34,218 bases of DNA from Trichomonas gallinae. Taxonomy: Eukaryota. The translations under genes and the position numbers were made by a program. The stretch is from assembly GCA_008369845.1 (NCBI GenBank), contig MRSU01010174.1, positions 1 through 34,218 on the forward strand, in the 5' to 3' direction. A model generated the notes under the pieces. The model searched no databases. It was given only the letters and a program-made list of their open reading frames with translations, and was not told the DNA's origin. Below, in pieces: positions 21,901 through 30,867 of the stretch; position 1 is the stretch's first letter, and every line of letters starts with the position of its first letter.

Positions 21901-24900
21901 GCTTTTAGATTGTTAAAACATCACCAAACAAAAGATGTTTTGGATTTAATTGTAAATTTGTGTTTATTTGCGAATATTGACGTGAAATTCGCAGAACAAC
22001 AAACACAAATACTCGGATGCCAGTTGCCACATGCTATAGACATCCAGGATCATTTAAATCTCGGAAAACCAATAATTGAGCAAATTTTATTTATTAATGA
22101 CATTATTCCAAGAATTAACACAACGAGAATACTCCAAAACATCAAAGAACCTGATCCACCTTCTCCTGACGTTTTTTCTAATCTTTCGATTCCATTTTAT
22201 AATAATATGGATGACTGGTTCCTGAATTTGGAAATTCCTGTCATTAAGAACTCGCCTAATGTCTTTATTCGTGCTTGCTCAGTGATTATCTCAAAATTTC
22301 CTGAATTTCGTCATGATTTGTTCCCAGTTGCGTTTTTAAGCTGCTGGACCAACGAAAGCGAAGAGTCAAAGCAAAATATCAGCTCAATCATCGAGTCTTG
22401 CCTCATAAAATTCGAGCCAAGCGGAATTGGACAAATTTTGCCTTATTTAGCGAATATTTTAGATAGATATGGAGCACCTTTCTTGATTCCCGATTCTATT
22501 CTTTCCATTGCTTCTAATTCAGCGGCATTGAGTCTCTATCAAATAGAAAGATCGCTAGATACAAAATCATTAACAATAAATGAGAGACTTTTATCATTGA
22601 ACACACGAATCGGCAGAATTGAGACAGCTAGAAGTTTGCTCAAGCATTCGATGGCTGAATCAGCGAAATGGCACGAAAAATTATGTGAATGGGAAAAAGC
22701 TTTAGAAATTCACTCGAAAGATGATGTTTCGTCTTTAATTCGTTGTTATTCGAATCTTGAGCAATGGGATAAGGTCAGAGAGTTTGAATTAAATTTCGAA
22801 AATCTTGATGATAAAGAAAAACAGGAAAGAGCATTGTGGTTCGCTTATGCATATCTACACGAGAATAATCTTGAAAAAGCAAGCTATTACATCAATTATT
22901 TGCAGAAAATTTCAGCAAATACAAATGAAAGCCAAGAAAACGAAAATATATTAAGGATAATAGTTTCTGCTTTATACTATATATCAATACGTGATTATGA
23001 GAGCGCAAACTCTACAATTGAAGATGGATTTCAATTTTTGGCCAAAAACAGATCAATTTTCAATGGCAGTGATGCCAACATTGCACACAAGTATTTAATA
23101 GCATCGCAACACTTCATTGAGCTTTACGAATGTATTTTGCATTTGACTAAAAAATCCAAGCGAGTTCCAAGGATTTGGAGCAACAGGATCGAAAATTACG
23201 TCGAAGAAAGTGACGCGTGGAAGAGATTGATCGATATTAGATTATTAGTTTTATCTCCTGAAGATACAGTTGAAACTTGTGCAAAAATGATTGCTGCATT
23301 GAGAAAAGAGCGAAAATGGATTGAAATAGATTCGTATCTTTCAAGATTAAAATCAGTTTCAGATTTTCCAAATATAATCATTGAAAGAATCAAAATTAAC
23401 TGGTCAAAAGGTCACAGATTCCAAGCAATTGATCAAATGAACCAATTCGCAAAACTATTATGCGCAAATTCTCCTGAAGAAGTGAAATTAAATGAATTTT
23501 TCCTAAATATGACGAAAGAAGAGATATTTAATCTTATTTCTCGATGGAATATAGATGATAAGTTAAAAAGCAGAGTACTAAGAATATCAGCAACCTGGAA
23601 ATTCAGTTGTTGTAAGGAGAATTTTGATATTGTTGATTCTTTTGAAAAATGCATCAAATTAAACGACAATGATTCAAGAGCATGGTCAGGATGGGCATAT
23701 TCATGCTCTAAATTTTTGTCTGAACAAGTTGATAAAAAAAATTACGCGATTAATGCAATTGCTGGCTTTCTTAAGGCATCAAAGCTTAATCCATCAGCTT
23801 CTTTACAGTTCTTGTGCCAAATTTTCTCCATTTTCGTGAGATATTGCGATTCTTTTTCATTACCAAGTGAAATACGCGAAGAAATCATTACATTGAATCC
23901 TTCTTTCATCATACAAATCATTCCCCAAATAATTTTCCATGTAACTCATCCTTCGCATTTTATTCGCGATATTATTGACGAAGTAGTCACTAAATTCGGT
24001 GAAGACAACTTTGAAGCTGTTGTCTATCCACTCTCTGTTATATCAAACATACAAAACGACAGAGAATATCAAGCGAAAGACGTAATGAACAGATTATCAC
24101 TGAAAAACATGAATATTTACAATGATTCGAAGTTATTTATCGATGGAATGGTTAAATCCGCAGTTTCATGGTGCGAGCGATGGATCAGCATTTTGAACAG
24201 CCTTAATTACGCAAAAGGGGCAGATGAAGCCTTGAAAATCATCAATGTTTTGTTCAACGAAAAAGACGAAAATTTATGCGAGTTCGATTTATCTCTGAAG
24301 CATTTTCACAAGAAACTGATAGACAGATCCCATCATTTCTATTCCCAAGTGTTAAAAGGTGAAAAGACCTACATGCAGCCTATGTGGGAGATGCTGCAGA
24401 ACTTGATGAGAGACATACAAGCGAAAATTAATGACATCGATGCAATTTACTTGTCAAAAATTTCTCCTGATTTGTGCAACAAGAAAAATTTCTTGATTTC
24501 TGTTCCAGGTTTTTACAATATCAACAAACAGGCGCCGAAGCTTAATAAAATCGAAGAAAGACTTGAATTATTTAGCACTTTAAATCATCCGAGACTTCTT
24601 AATGTTGTCGATGAAAACGGAGCAAGACATAAGTTTTTGCTAAAAGGAAATGAAGACTTAAGACTTGATCAGAGAATTATGCAAATATTTTCATTAGCAA
24701 ATAGTCTGATAAAAGTCAACAGGTCTACGAGAATGAATAATATATCAATAACTATGTACTCAGTTGTTCCTTTCGCGCCAAATACAGGCCTGATATCATG
24801 GGTAAATGGGGCAGATACAATTTCGCAAATTGTCAGTGATTATAGGAATTCCAGGAACAAAGCAGTTAACCAAGAAAAGCAGATATTCCACGAATTCGCT

Positions 24901-25566
24901 TCCCTCAAGAACAACACTTTAAACGCGATACAGCAGATAGAATTACACGACTTAATCTGCCAGAAAACATCAGCCGATGAATTGCGAGAAGATTTGTGGC
25001 TGTGGTCATCAGCACCAGCACAGTGGGTTGATCTCACTCGCAACTTCACTTTATCGACAGCGTTGATGAGCATGATTGGCTACATAATAGGGCTTGGCGA
25101 CAGGCACCTGAGGAACATAATGGTGCAAAAACACACGGGCTGCGTCGTCCATATCGATTTTGGAGAATGTTTCGAGTCAGCATCAAACAGAACAATTTTC
25201 CCGGAAAAAGTTCCATTCAGATTAACAAGATTATTCACTAATGCAATAGAAGGACGGAGGACAGATGGAATATTTACCAACGCATGCGAAAATTACATGT
25301 ATGTGATAAGGGAAGGTTTTTCGTCTGTTATAGCAATGCTGGAAGTTTTCGTTCATGAACCAATCTTTTCTTCAAGGAGCCAGTTCAAAGACCAAACGAA
25401 AATTTTGTCGCGTGTTGCTGAGAAAATGTCTGGCCTCGATTTTGAATATGGAGGAGACTCCTCTAAGGAAATGTCTGTGATTGATCAGGTTCAAATTCTA
25501 ATTGAAGCAGCAACAGACAGAACAAGGTACTGCCGCCATTACCAAGGTTGGCAGCCTCAATTATAA
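18940..25566 (+). CDS. TOR-like PIKK family atypical protein kinase
   Basis: 2208 aa with a HEAT-like N-terminus (LRLIGTIGSPD, LFPVAFLSCW), a FAT region (WHEKLCEWEKAL), an FRB-like region (SWCERW), kinase motifs FLLKGNEDLRLDQRIMQIF, GYIIGLGDRH, HIDFG and PEKVPFRLTR, and a FATC-like end. Confidence 0.95.
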   Translation: MMISNQSGLVCMVNGAVPNIFEVLDKISYKEWKTKRYKVISALGKSILKLNDKEISSTFNNIEDRIKKSLENATELSIVRSLLCISILYHFRRSIDHLTSNFSTIIEYVNTKNITIAQIYAKFFYYTIIEAENYQPFLNQTLNIVNHMLSSEQKETYTVNAFFILQQLSKIDTINILNVTVKHVQDLTASVCSNNHILRKIGRKLFKIHLRLLPEELSSKFANDKFNICVQMLFQFKNRATQAPILLMHAIFKAIPHILNLNQLSEVIYQVLPNITPEMQLLFFKFIRKVIKIRPNEFDSEIIKFILEQIQQLINQSQNIHYNLKTLHIIVSKMPENALNFKLIEEILEFIIQSQIFDEYELVYSISNELIAKFPKEELKPLFFENPQPNIQFLSLIKQQPKVFDSVSDILRAWIVGGINDENDTELNGFIAIEILKLYGVELFWTTLGVIEQLMLIARSQNEKLRISAIQTMPIIDNKNASPYILQFAIYDPSKNVRLQAIKLLDAKYLENDMHQLIFLLADKSLKVCIESLPIIAEIFNTNPILFETDVFSYIYNFVTNYMPVCEFSKLIKACKQLSNIISYFKNVCSTIAPIILWTCTTILLEDEKIQDFSQLENDFDPKIFIPQDLNKYETKNVSFASSFKEKGSYWKQIFNITHGKNVDNRNAALFDTISSLSEHVVPFILQIGPVFIKYFNSSHSQVLYESALQCLTKITISTECRFKLTTMFPKLLSSIINLINSNVSEKIVILALRLIGTIGSPDSIPLQTFNENKVSFTKVTMSNPSFFSDFTINLLVSILTKSKSVSVFEVITTILAKGTSFTMKYLEIILIEFRKAIQAEIDVNLLFKYLEVVVYSIGWHVSKYIDQFTDVLKKNILKLDCLNLCITLSYKLRSGFTNIASQLYPIVLMNYNTNDVKLLKKLTKFATFSVMYQNQSFFVLLDSIEINFLSPTNPAPKQKITIIIKRLTMLVQHFPLHSYGVQIAQIAFRLLKHHQTKDVLDLIVNLCLFANIDVKFAEQQTQILGCQLPHAIDIQDHLNLGKPIIEQILFINDIIPRINTTRILQNIKEPDPPSPDVFSNLSIPFYNNMDDWFLNLEIPVIKNSPNVFIRACSVIISKFPEFRHDLFPVAFLSCWTNESEESKQNISSIIESCLIKFEPSGIGQILPYLANILDRYGAPFLIPDSILSIASNSAALSLYQIERSLDTKSLTINERLLSLNTRIGRIETARSLLKHSMAESAKWHEKLCEWEKALEIHSKDDVSSLIRCYSNLEQWDKVREFELNFENLDDKEKQERALWFAYAYLHENNLEKASYYINYLQKISANTNESQENENILRIIVSALYYISIRDYESANSTIEDGFQFLAKNRSIFNGSDANIAHKYLIASQHFIELYECILHLTKKSKRVPRIWSNRIENYVEESDAWKRLIDIRLLVLSPEDTVETCAKMIAALRKERKWIEIDSYLSRLKSVSDFPNIIIERIKINWSKGHRFQAIDQMNQFAKLLCANSPEEVKLNEFFLNMTKEEIFNLISRWNIDDKLKSRVLRISATWKFSCCKENFDIVDSFEKCIKLNDNDSRAWSGWAYSCSKFLSEQVDKKNYAINAIAGFLKASKLNPSASLQFLCQIFSIFVRYCDSFSLPSEIREEIITLNPSFIIQIIPQIIFHVTHPSHFIRDIIDEVVTKFGEDNFEAVVYPLSVISNIQNDREYQAKDVMNRLSLKNMNIYNDSKLFIDGMVKSAVSWCERWISILNSLNYAKGADEALKIINVLFNEKDENLCEFDLSLKHFHKKLIDRSHHFYSQVLKGEKTYMQPMWEMLQNLMRDIQAKINDIDAIYLSKISPDLCNKKNFLISVPGFYNINKQAPKLNKIEERLELFSTLNHPRLLNVVDENGARHKFLLKGNEDLRLDQRIMQIFSLANSLIKVNRSTRMNNISITMYSVVPFAPNTGLISWVNGADTISQIVSDYRNSRNKAVNQEKQIFHEFASLKNNTLNAIQQIELHDLICQKTSADELREDLWLWSSAPAQWVDLTRNFTLSTALMSMIGYIIGLGDRHLRNIMVQKHTGCVVHIDFGECFESASNRTIFPEKVPFRLTRLFTNAIEGRRTDGIFTNACENYMYVIREGFSSVIAMLEVFVHEPIFSSRSQFKDQTKILSRVAEKMSGLDFEYGGDSSKEMSVIDQVQILIEAATDRTRYCRHYQGWQPQL

Positions 25567-26573
25567 TATGTTTTTTATTCTAAATTGTTTATATTCCTTT
25601 AGCGGTATTTTATTATTGTTTAACAAAAACTTATAAATATTATAGTGATCATATATGGGACTTACTTTTTAATATAATAGGGTTTAGAGCTTGATATAGC
25701 TAAAAATCAAATTGTTTTGGATTGATATTTTGTTATATTTCTGCAATCTAATGAGATTAATGATTGCCTTGAAGAGATATAATGACCAAATAAGTTTGTC
25801 CTGTTTTTCGAACATTTTGAAAGCATCAAACGATTTAGGATTGCGGTTCATATAGGATAACTCATTGCATATTACAATATAGACAGTAACGGACATCGTG
25901 GATAAGCTTGTAAATCATATTAATTGATGTCAGACAAAAACGGCAAAAAATGATTTCAATTTCTTTGCCATTTGATTGCATTTATAATAATATCTATATT
26001 TACCCATTGCTCAAGTCAAATTATGCATACGATTATTTTCACTTCAAAAATTAATTATCTCAGAAATAAAAATAATCATATACAAAATAATCATTTATTT
26101 TTCAATATTTCCCAATCGCTTTCACACCCATAAAAATTTACAATTTTCAAAACTTCCGGACATTTACAGGCGTGAAAGCGCAGAAAATATACGAAAACTA
26201 TAATCATAATGCAAATGACTAATTTTCATTTTCACATCATTCGAATTTTGAATTGAAAATAATCGTAAATTTTTTTGAATGTTCCAATTTTTGAAAAGTG
26301 ACATCCGATATCTTTTCTGATTCAAAAACTAAATTATTAGCAATAATATGCAAATGAATGAAAAAGTTTTAACGTAAACTATACAAAAATTGTCACTTTT
26401 AGAAAATATTTTTAACAGAAAAATTTACAAAAAAATTATGTACCGTAAATTTTTGTGTTTTTGTAAACAGGAAAAATTTTGTAAGAAGGACAATTTGCTG
26501 CTTTGCTGGAAAACAAAGAAAAGTTAACGATAATAAGATTTTATCTCATCAAATCGTGTAAAAAAATTAAAAC

Positions 26574-27734
26574 ATGAGAAGAATTGGTGTTGTTGGATCT
26601 GAGACGGACTACTTAGTACACGAACTGAATGTCATTCACAGCTACCTTAAGAAGATCCACGACACCATGAAAAAGATTGGCGAGCTTCATAAACCGGATT
26701 TTAAATCGAATAATTACGAGACACCAGGTTTTCCTGGCAATTTATCTGAAAAATTCGCTGAGATAACATCAGCTCTCTCCCTTAATACGCAGCATTTCAT
26801 TACTCTGTCAAACATTGAAAATAATGTTTTGGAGAATCTCAAAAGAATGTGCACAATCAGAGAAATGGAGAGAAAGGAATATTCAGCACACTCTGATGAG
26901 GTCGGAAACAAGATCGAAGACCAACGGAATTCAACGATTATCAAAGATGCAATGAATTCCTACGGAAACTTGATGAAAATCAGAGATGATATCGAGCACA
27001 TGAAAATGAAGGAGAAAGAAGGCAAATCAAAACTGATCAAGGAATTTAAAAATTATTTCGAAATAATGCAGAAATTCAACATTCACAGGTACAAGTTAGA
27101 AGAATGTGAGAGAATTGATTCTAAAATGGTTGATTCCATCTGCGAAAGAGAACTCGTTTCCTTCCATCAAATCAAGGACATGCTCCTTAACTGTTTAGAA
27201 GAAATCAACTCTCAATATGAGGTCATCACAAAGGGAATTACTGATAACCGACTCATGGAGAAGACAAAAGACGGTTTTGATTCTGATTGGAAATATTTCT
27301 GCGAAAGAAACAAAATTGCAATCAGAAACTTCGCAAATCCGCAGTTCAAGAGAATCAGCATCGCTAACAAGATGATCAATGATCCTCCAGTTTTCCTTGA
27401 TTATTCAATCGATAACCTTCCAACAGCTGTTGCAAGGTTGAAGATGGACTGCAAATCATTGGATGGTGAAATCGACTTCGTGGCAGGTGAAGTTGTCCTA
27501 GTAATCAGCTCCATTTTCTCGAATGAAGTTTTAATTTCTGATATCTACTGCATCGATAAGAGATATGTTTCTAGGGACGTAGTGAAGGTCTTCGGTGAAG
27601 GCATTTGCTACGTCAAAAAAGAAAAAGTCTTTGCAGCCATCATGAATCCTAACAGAGAAGACGGAAAACTGGACATTGTGCTCGTTGATGGCAGACAGAA
27701 AACAGTTGCCCCCAACGAAATTTATAGACTTTAA
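26574..27734 (+). CDS. Coiled-coil (BAR/F-BAR-like) protein with a degenerate C-terminal SH3-like region
   Basis: About 250 aa of charged helical sequence, then AVARLKMDCKSLDGEIDFVAGEVVLVIS, which resembles the SH3 A-x-Y-D...E-L-x-F-x-x-G-D/E-x-I-x-V pattern. The CDS is secure; the domain call is tentative. Confidence 0.6.
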   Translation: MRRIGVVGSETDYLVHELNVIHSYLKKIHDTMKKIGELHKPDFKSNNYETPGFPGNLSEKFAEITSALSLNTQHFITLSNIENNVLENLKRMCTIREMERKEYSAHSDEVGNKIEDQRNSTIIKDAMNSYGNLMKIRDDIEHMKMKEKEGKSKLIKEFKNYFEIMQKFNIHRYKLEECERIDSKMVDSICERELVSFHQIKDMLLNCLEEINSQYEVITKGITDNRLMEKTKDGFDSDWKYFCERNKIAIRNFANPQFKRISIANKMINDPPVFLDYSIDNLPTAVARLKMDCKSLDGEIDFVAGEVVLVISSIFSNEVLISDIYCIDKRYVSRDVVKVFGEGICYVKKEKVFAAIMNPNREDGKLDIVLVDGRQKTVAPNEIYRL

Positions 27735-28111
27735 TTTCACCCACACATTTTTCATTATTTCTTATTCACCCTCTTTCTTTTTTTATTTCACCCCAGTATT
27801 TAATAAAAATCAAAAAACAAAACAGTTTTCATTTTACGTTATGCTTAGTATTGCACAAAAATTAGAAATTTGGAGATATATCAGAACAAATTTATCAAAT
27901 ACGCGCTTCTGCCCAATGATTTAGCAGTGGTCGGATGTACTGTGTGCAATTTTTAATATGTAAAGCCAATTTGAAATTATCATCTTTGAAATCTTAGACA
28001 ATGAGTGTCAAAATCTTCATTATAGCAATACAAGCGTTTATAATGCTTAATATGACCTATTTTCTTGAATCTAATAGAGTGTTTGATATGATTCAGATAA
28101 TAATATGTTTT

Positions 28112-28426
28112 TCAGTCCCAAAAAACTACGTTGTCGTCTGGAGGTTGTGGTAGTGGAGCCGAAATTATAGTTTCAGCTGATTGTTTAGCCTGCAAGGTAA
28201 TTTCTAAAACATTATTGAGCAATCCACTTGGTATGTCTTCTTTTACAACGTATAGATCTTTTTTGACGTTTATTGAAATGGATGGATCAAGAAAATAAGG
28301 CTCAATATAATCATCACAGTTCTTTTCTTTGGTTTCATTATCATATCTATGTGATGTAGGAAACAGATCATTACCTAGTGTATTGAATGAGTCTCCCTGC
28401 GACACAAACTGTTGAAGATAATCCAT
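28112..28426 (-). CDS. Hypothetical protein (104 aa)
   Basis: ATG-initiated ORF with protein-like composition and a Pro-rich C-terminus (APLPQPPDDNVVFWD), divergent from the ankyrin gene. Confidence 0.65.
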   Translation of the reverse strand: MDYLQQFVSQGDSFNTLGNDLFPTSHRYDNETKEKNCDDYIEPYFLDPSISINVKKDLYVVKEDIPSGLLNNVLEITLQAKQSAETIISAPLPQPPDDNVVFWD

Positions 28427-28529
28427 TCGAAATTAATTCTTGTTCAAAATGCAAAATTAGAACCGCAAAATTTCAAAGCTAATTAATTACAATGTCTTAT
28501 GAGAGAAATGAAATTATATATTTCTTTAT

Positions 28530-28700
28530 TTACATGACAAACTTATATTTACACGGCAAAATCATCTCAAATCAATATTTACACATCAAATTACCAAAAA
28601 CTATTTTTACATGTCATATTGCGCCTCAAATATTTTTTTACATGTCAAAAATTACCAGTCTTATAATATTTTTCTTTCTAAGATGTGTTTTGCATGTCAA
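28530..28700 (+). repeat. Array of TTACATG(A/T)CAA-type motifs in the divergent promoter region
   Basis: Copies or variants start at 28530, 28549, 28579, 28607, 28638 and 28690. Confidence 0.7.
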
Positions 28701-28819
28701 TGAGCCAAAATTCACGTCTTAGTAAGACATATCTTGTTTAGTCGATAACCTATAGTAATTACATTTCTGTCACATCAATTTTCTAATTTATCGTACATGT
28801 CTTAAGTTTTACATTTTGA

Positions 28820-29791
28820 ATGTCAGTCACGATTCCCGATTGGAGAGCTATAGGCGAAAATTTTAAGGACTATTTGAGCAATCCACTCTTTATAGGAGCG
28901 AGATCTCAGGAAGTATTGACTTATGAACAATTCAATATTTTCTTTTGCAATCTGATATATTCGTTCCAGAAAGAAGCTATATCAGATATTCTAAAACATA
29001 TAACACTCAAATTAGATCTTGATATAAATGAAACATCAAAAGCCCTTAGAAACATATCAAGAGTCTTAGAATTGCCAGCATTATATATAATTTCACAAAG
29101 TATTTTAGTGCAAGCACAAAATAATCAACAACATATTTTATTTCAAAGAAATGATCAAATAAATAACCACATAATGCAGCATCAAGGACCAGAAGAAGAA
29201 CAAGAATTTCATCACAATCCAATATCTAATAGAAGAGTTATGCAAATTCAAAATCAAGATCCACCAGTAAATGAAAATGTAATAGCAAGAATGAATCCAA
29301 ATATTAATTGTCTGATGATGACTCCTAAAACACAGCCAAACTTCCACAAAATCTATAATATATTTGATAATATTGCAAAATCAAAAGATGTGACTGCAAT
29401 GCGTTTTGCTATTGAAAATGGTTATCACAACATCACAGATGGGTGCAACAACATTCTCACAGAGTCAGCATACTTAAATAATTTTCCTTTAGCAAAAATG
29501 CTTGCTGTAAATGGTGCAAATATAAATGAGACAGATTCAAACGGTTTTTCAGCATTGAACTACTTCTGCTCCAAAGGAAACCTATCAACTGTTGAGTATT
29601 TCGCTAGAATTTATGGAGTAAATCCAAATTCGCCAAGCAATGGAAACTGGACAACATTGATGGCAGCATGCTCATCAAATAGGATCCCAGTCATCAGATT
29701 CCTATTAACACTTGACGGAATCGATATTAATGCAAAAAATATAAATGGAAGCACTGCACTCTCAATGTGCAGATCAGACGCTGCTAGATAA
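28820..29791 (+). CDS. Ankyrin repeat protein, possibly with a premature stop
   Basis: C-terminal ankyrin repeats (LAVNGANINETDSNGFSALNY, GNWTTLMAAC, GIDINAKNINGSTALSM) and a Q/N/H-rich linker. The frame continues LLIAYGAI after the TAA, to a second TAA at 29816-29818. Confidence 0.9.
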   Translation: MSVTIPDWRAIGENFKDYLSNPLFIGARSQEVLTYEQFNIFFCNLIYSFQKEAISDILKHITLKLDLDINETSKALRNISRVLELPALYIISQSILVQAQNNQQHILFQRNDQINNHIMQHQGPEEEQEFHHNPISNRRVMQIQNQDPPVNENVIARMNPNINCLMMTPKTQPNFHKIYNIFDNIAKSKDVTAMRFAIENGYHNITDGCNNILTESAYLNNFPLAKMLAVNGANINETDSNGFSALNYFCSKGNLSTVEYFARIYGVNPNSPSNGNWTTLMAACSSNRIPVIRFLLTLDGIDINAKNINGSTALSMCRSDAAR

Positions 29792-30116
29792 CTTCTAATT
29801 GCATATGGCGCTATTTAAATCAAATTTTCATAAAATTTCAACATTGAATATTCATTAAAATGATTTGACATCGATAGAACCAAAGCATTGATGCAATAAT
29901 CACAGACATATGAGAAATATCAATTTAATTATGTGGAACAACTATTATATCATTCAAAATTTGTTAATCGAATTTAATAAACATGGAATTTAAGTAGATA
30001 AATGAATTTTAGTTATAAAATTAAGGGTATTAGGTTATGTAGATGCGATATATTTTAAATGCAGTTACGCTCTCAATACCCGTAATTTTTGATTATTTTT
30101 TTTTCAATCTATAGTA

Positions 30117-30201
30117 AAAAATGTGACAAAATTTCAATAAAACGTGACACAATTTGAATTAAAACGTGACAAAAATTCAATGAACATAAAACGTGACAAA
30201 T
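30117..30201 (+). repeat. Four tandem AAAA(C/T)GTGACA units
   Basis: GTGAC cores start at 30123, 30144, 30166 and 30193 (spacing 21, 22, 27). The unit is approximately AAAACGTGACAAAATTTCAAT. Confidence 0.85.
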
Positions 30202-30451
30202 TTTTGTCAATTTTCTTGATTAAAAAGTTTCAATAGATCATTAAAACCATGGCTCCGTGTGATACTGCTAAGACGTATTATAATGGAATTAACAGTCATA
30301 ACTTTGAAAACGATCGAGAATTTTAAAAATTTTGCAAAAATATACGGGCGTGACAGCAATTCAAAATCTTATTAAAAAATCAATTAATACAGTAAATGAT
30401 TATTTCTGTTTTTTTAAAATTTAAATTTAAAATAATCGTTGTAATTTTTTT

Positions 30452-30456
30452 TCATT
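30452..30456 (+). promoter_or_regulatory. Initiator (Inr)-like element TCATT
   Basis: TCATT after a T-tract, 9 nt before the ATG at 30466. This is the usual position of the trichomonad Inr. Confidence 0.6.
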
Positions 30457-30465
30457 CAAAATTTT

Positions 30466-30867
30466 ATGCTACTTCACTTTCTTTTGATGACAAAGGCTCA
30501 GCCCAAGGTTGATGTTTTAGCAATCCATGAAACTGTCTGCGAGTTCACAGGCGTTAAGCACCAACCATGCATGTTCAGAACAGCTCTCTGCCCAGATCGT
30601 TGCGGTCATGCACGCGACACTGCAATTTTCAAAGTTTTAGAATATACAAACTATGAAAAGAAGGGCGAGTATGGTGATGACAAGCAACAAACAATTTACA
30701 TTGATACAATGAATAATGTTTTTGGTCAGAAGCCAGAAATTCTTGAAACATTGAAGCATTTGGAGGTTGGAAAGAAGTATCGTGTCGTTTATCATCATCT
30801 TTACGTCGATGATGGAGAAGTTGCTGGACCAGAGCGCCCAACTATTGAGATCACACCTATCAACTAA
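30466..30867 (+). CDS. Small, probably secreted protein with a C-x6-CPDRC-x-H motif
   Basis: 133 aa with a short hydrophobic N-terminus (MLLHFLLMTKA) and the Cys/His cluster PCMFRTALCPDRCGH. It has an upstream Inr, and the stop TAA overlaps a TAAA polyadenylation-like signal. Confidence 0.85.
   Translation: MLLHFLLMTKAQPKVDVLAIHETVCEFTGVKHQPCMFRTALCPDRCGHARDTAIFKVLEYTNYEKKGEYGDDKQQTIYIDTMNNVFGQKPEILETLKHLEVGKKYRVVYHHLYVDDGEVAGPERPTIEITPIN

Noticed and set aside
20112..25280. Antisense ORFs within the TOR-like gene
   Set aside because: Short shadow ORFs with no independent evidence.
25684..25896. 70-aa minus-strand ORF downstream of TOR
   Set aside because: Short, no motif, and the composition drifts to AT-rich codons. 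It may be a relic but cannot be supported.
7484..27734. Functional cluster of trafficking and nutrient-signalling genes (SNARE, AP-3 delta, TOR, Rim15-like, BAR/SH3-like)
   Set aside because: These families are large in trichomonads, orientations are mixed and unrelated genes are interspersed. Co-location is likely chance without synteny or co-expression data.
28492..28722. 76-aa ORF in the divergent promoter region
   Set aside because: It is the translation of the TTACATG(A/T)CA repeat array and is F/I/Y-rich.
1915..29818. Non-standard genetic code (TAA/TAG = Gln), suggested by in-frame TAR stops in the relics and the ankyrin gene
   Set aside because: Intact genes here end in TAA or TAG (e.g. 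1181, 6897, 8351, 18825, 25564), and long ORFs up to 2208 codons have no internal TAR. The relics also contain TGA stops or frameshifts.
30117..30201. CRISPR-like repeat-spacer array
   Set aside because: Repeats are only ~11 nt, spacers are short and similar to each other, there are no cas genes, and the context is eukaryotic.
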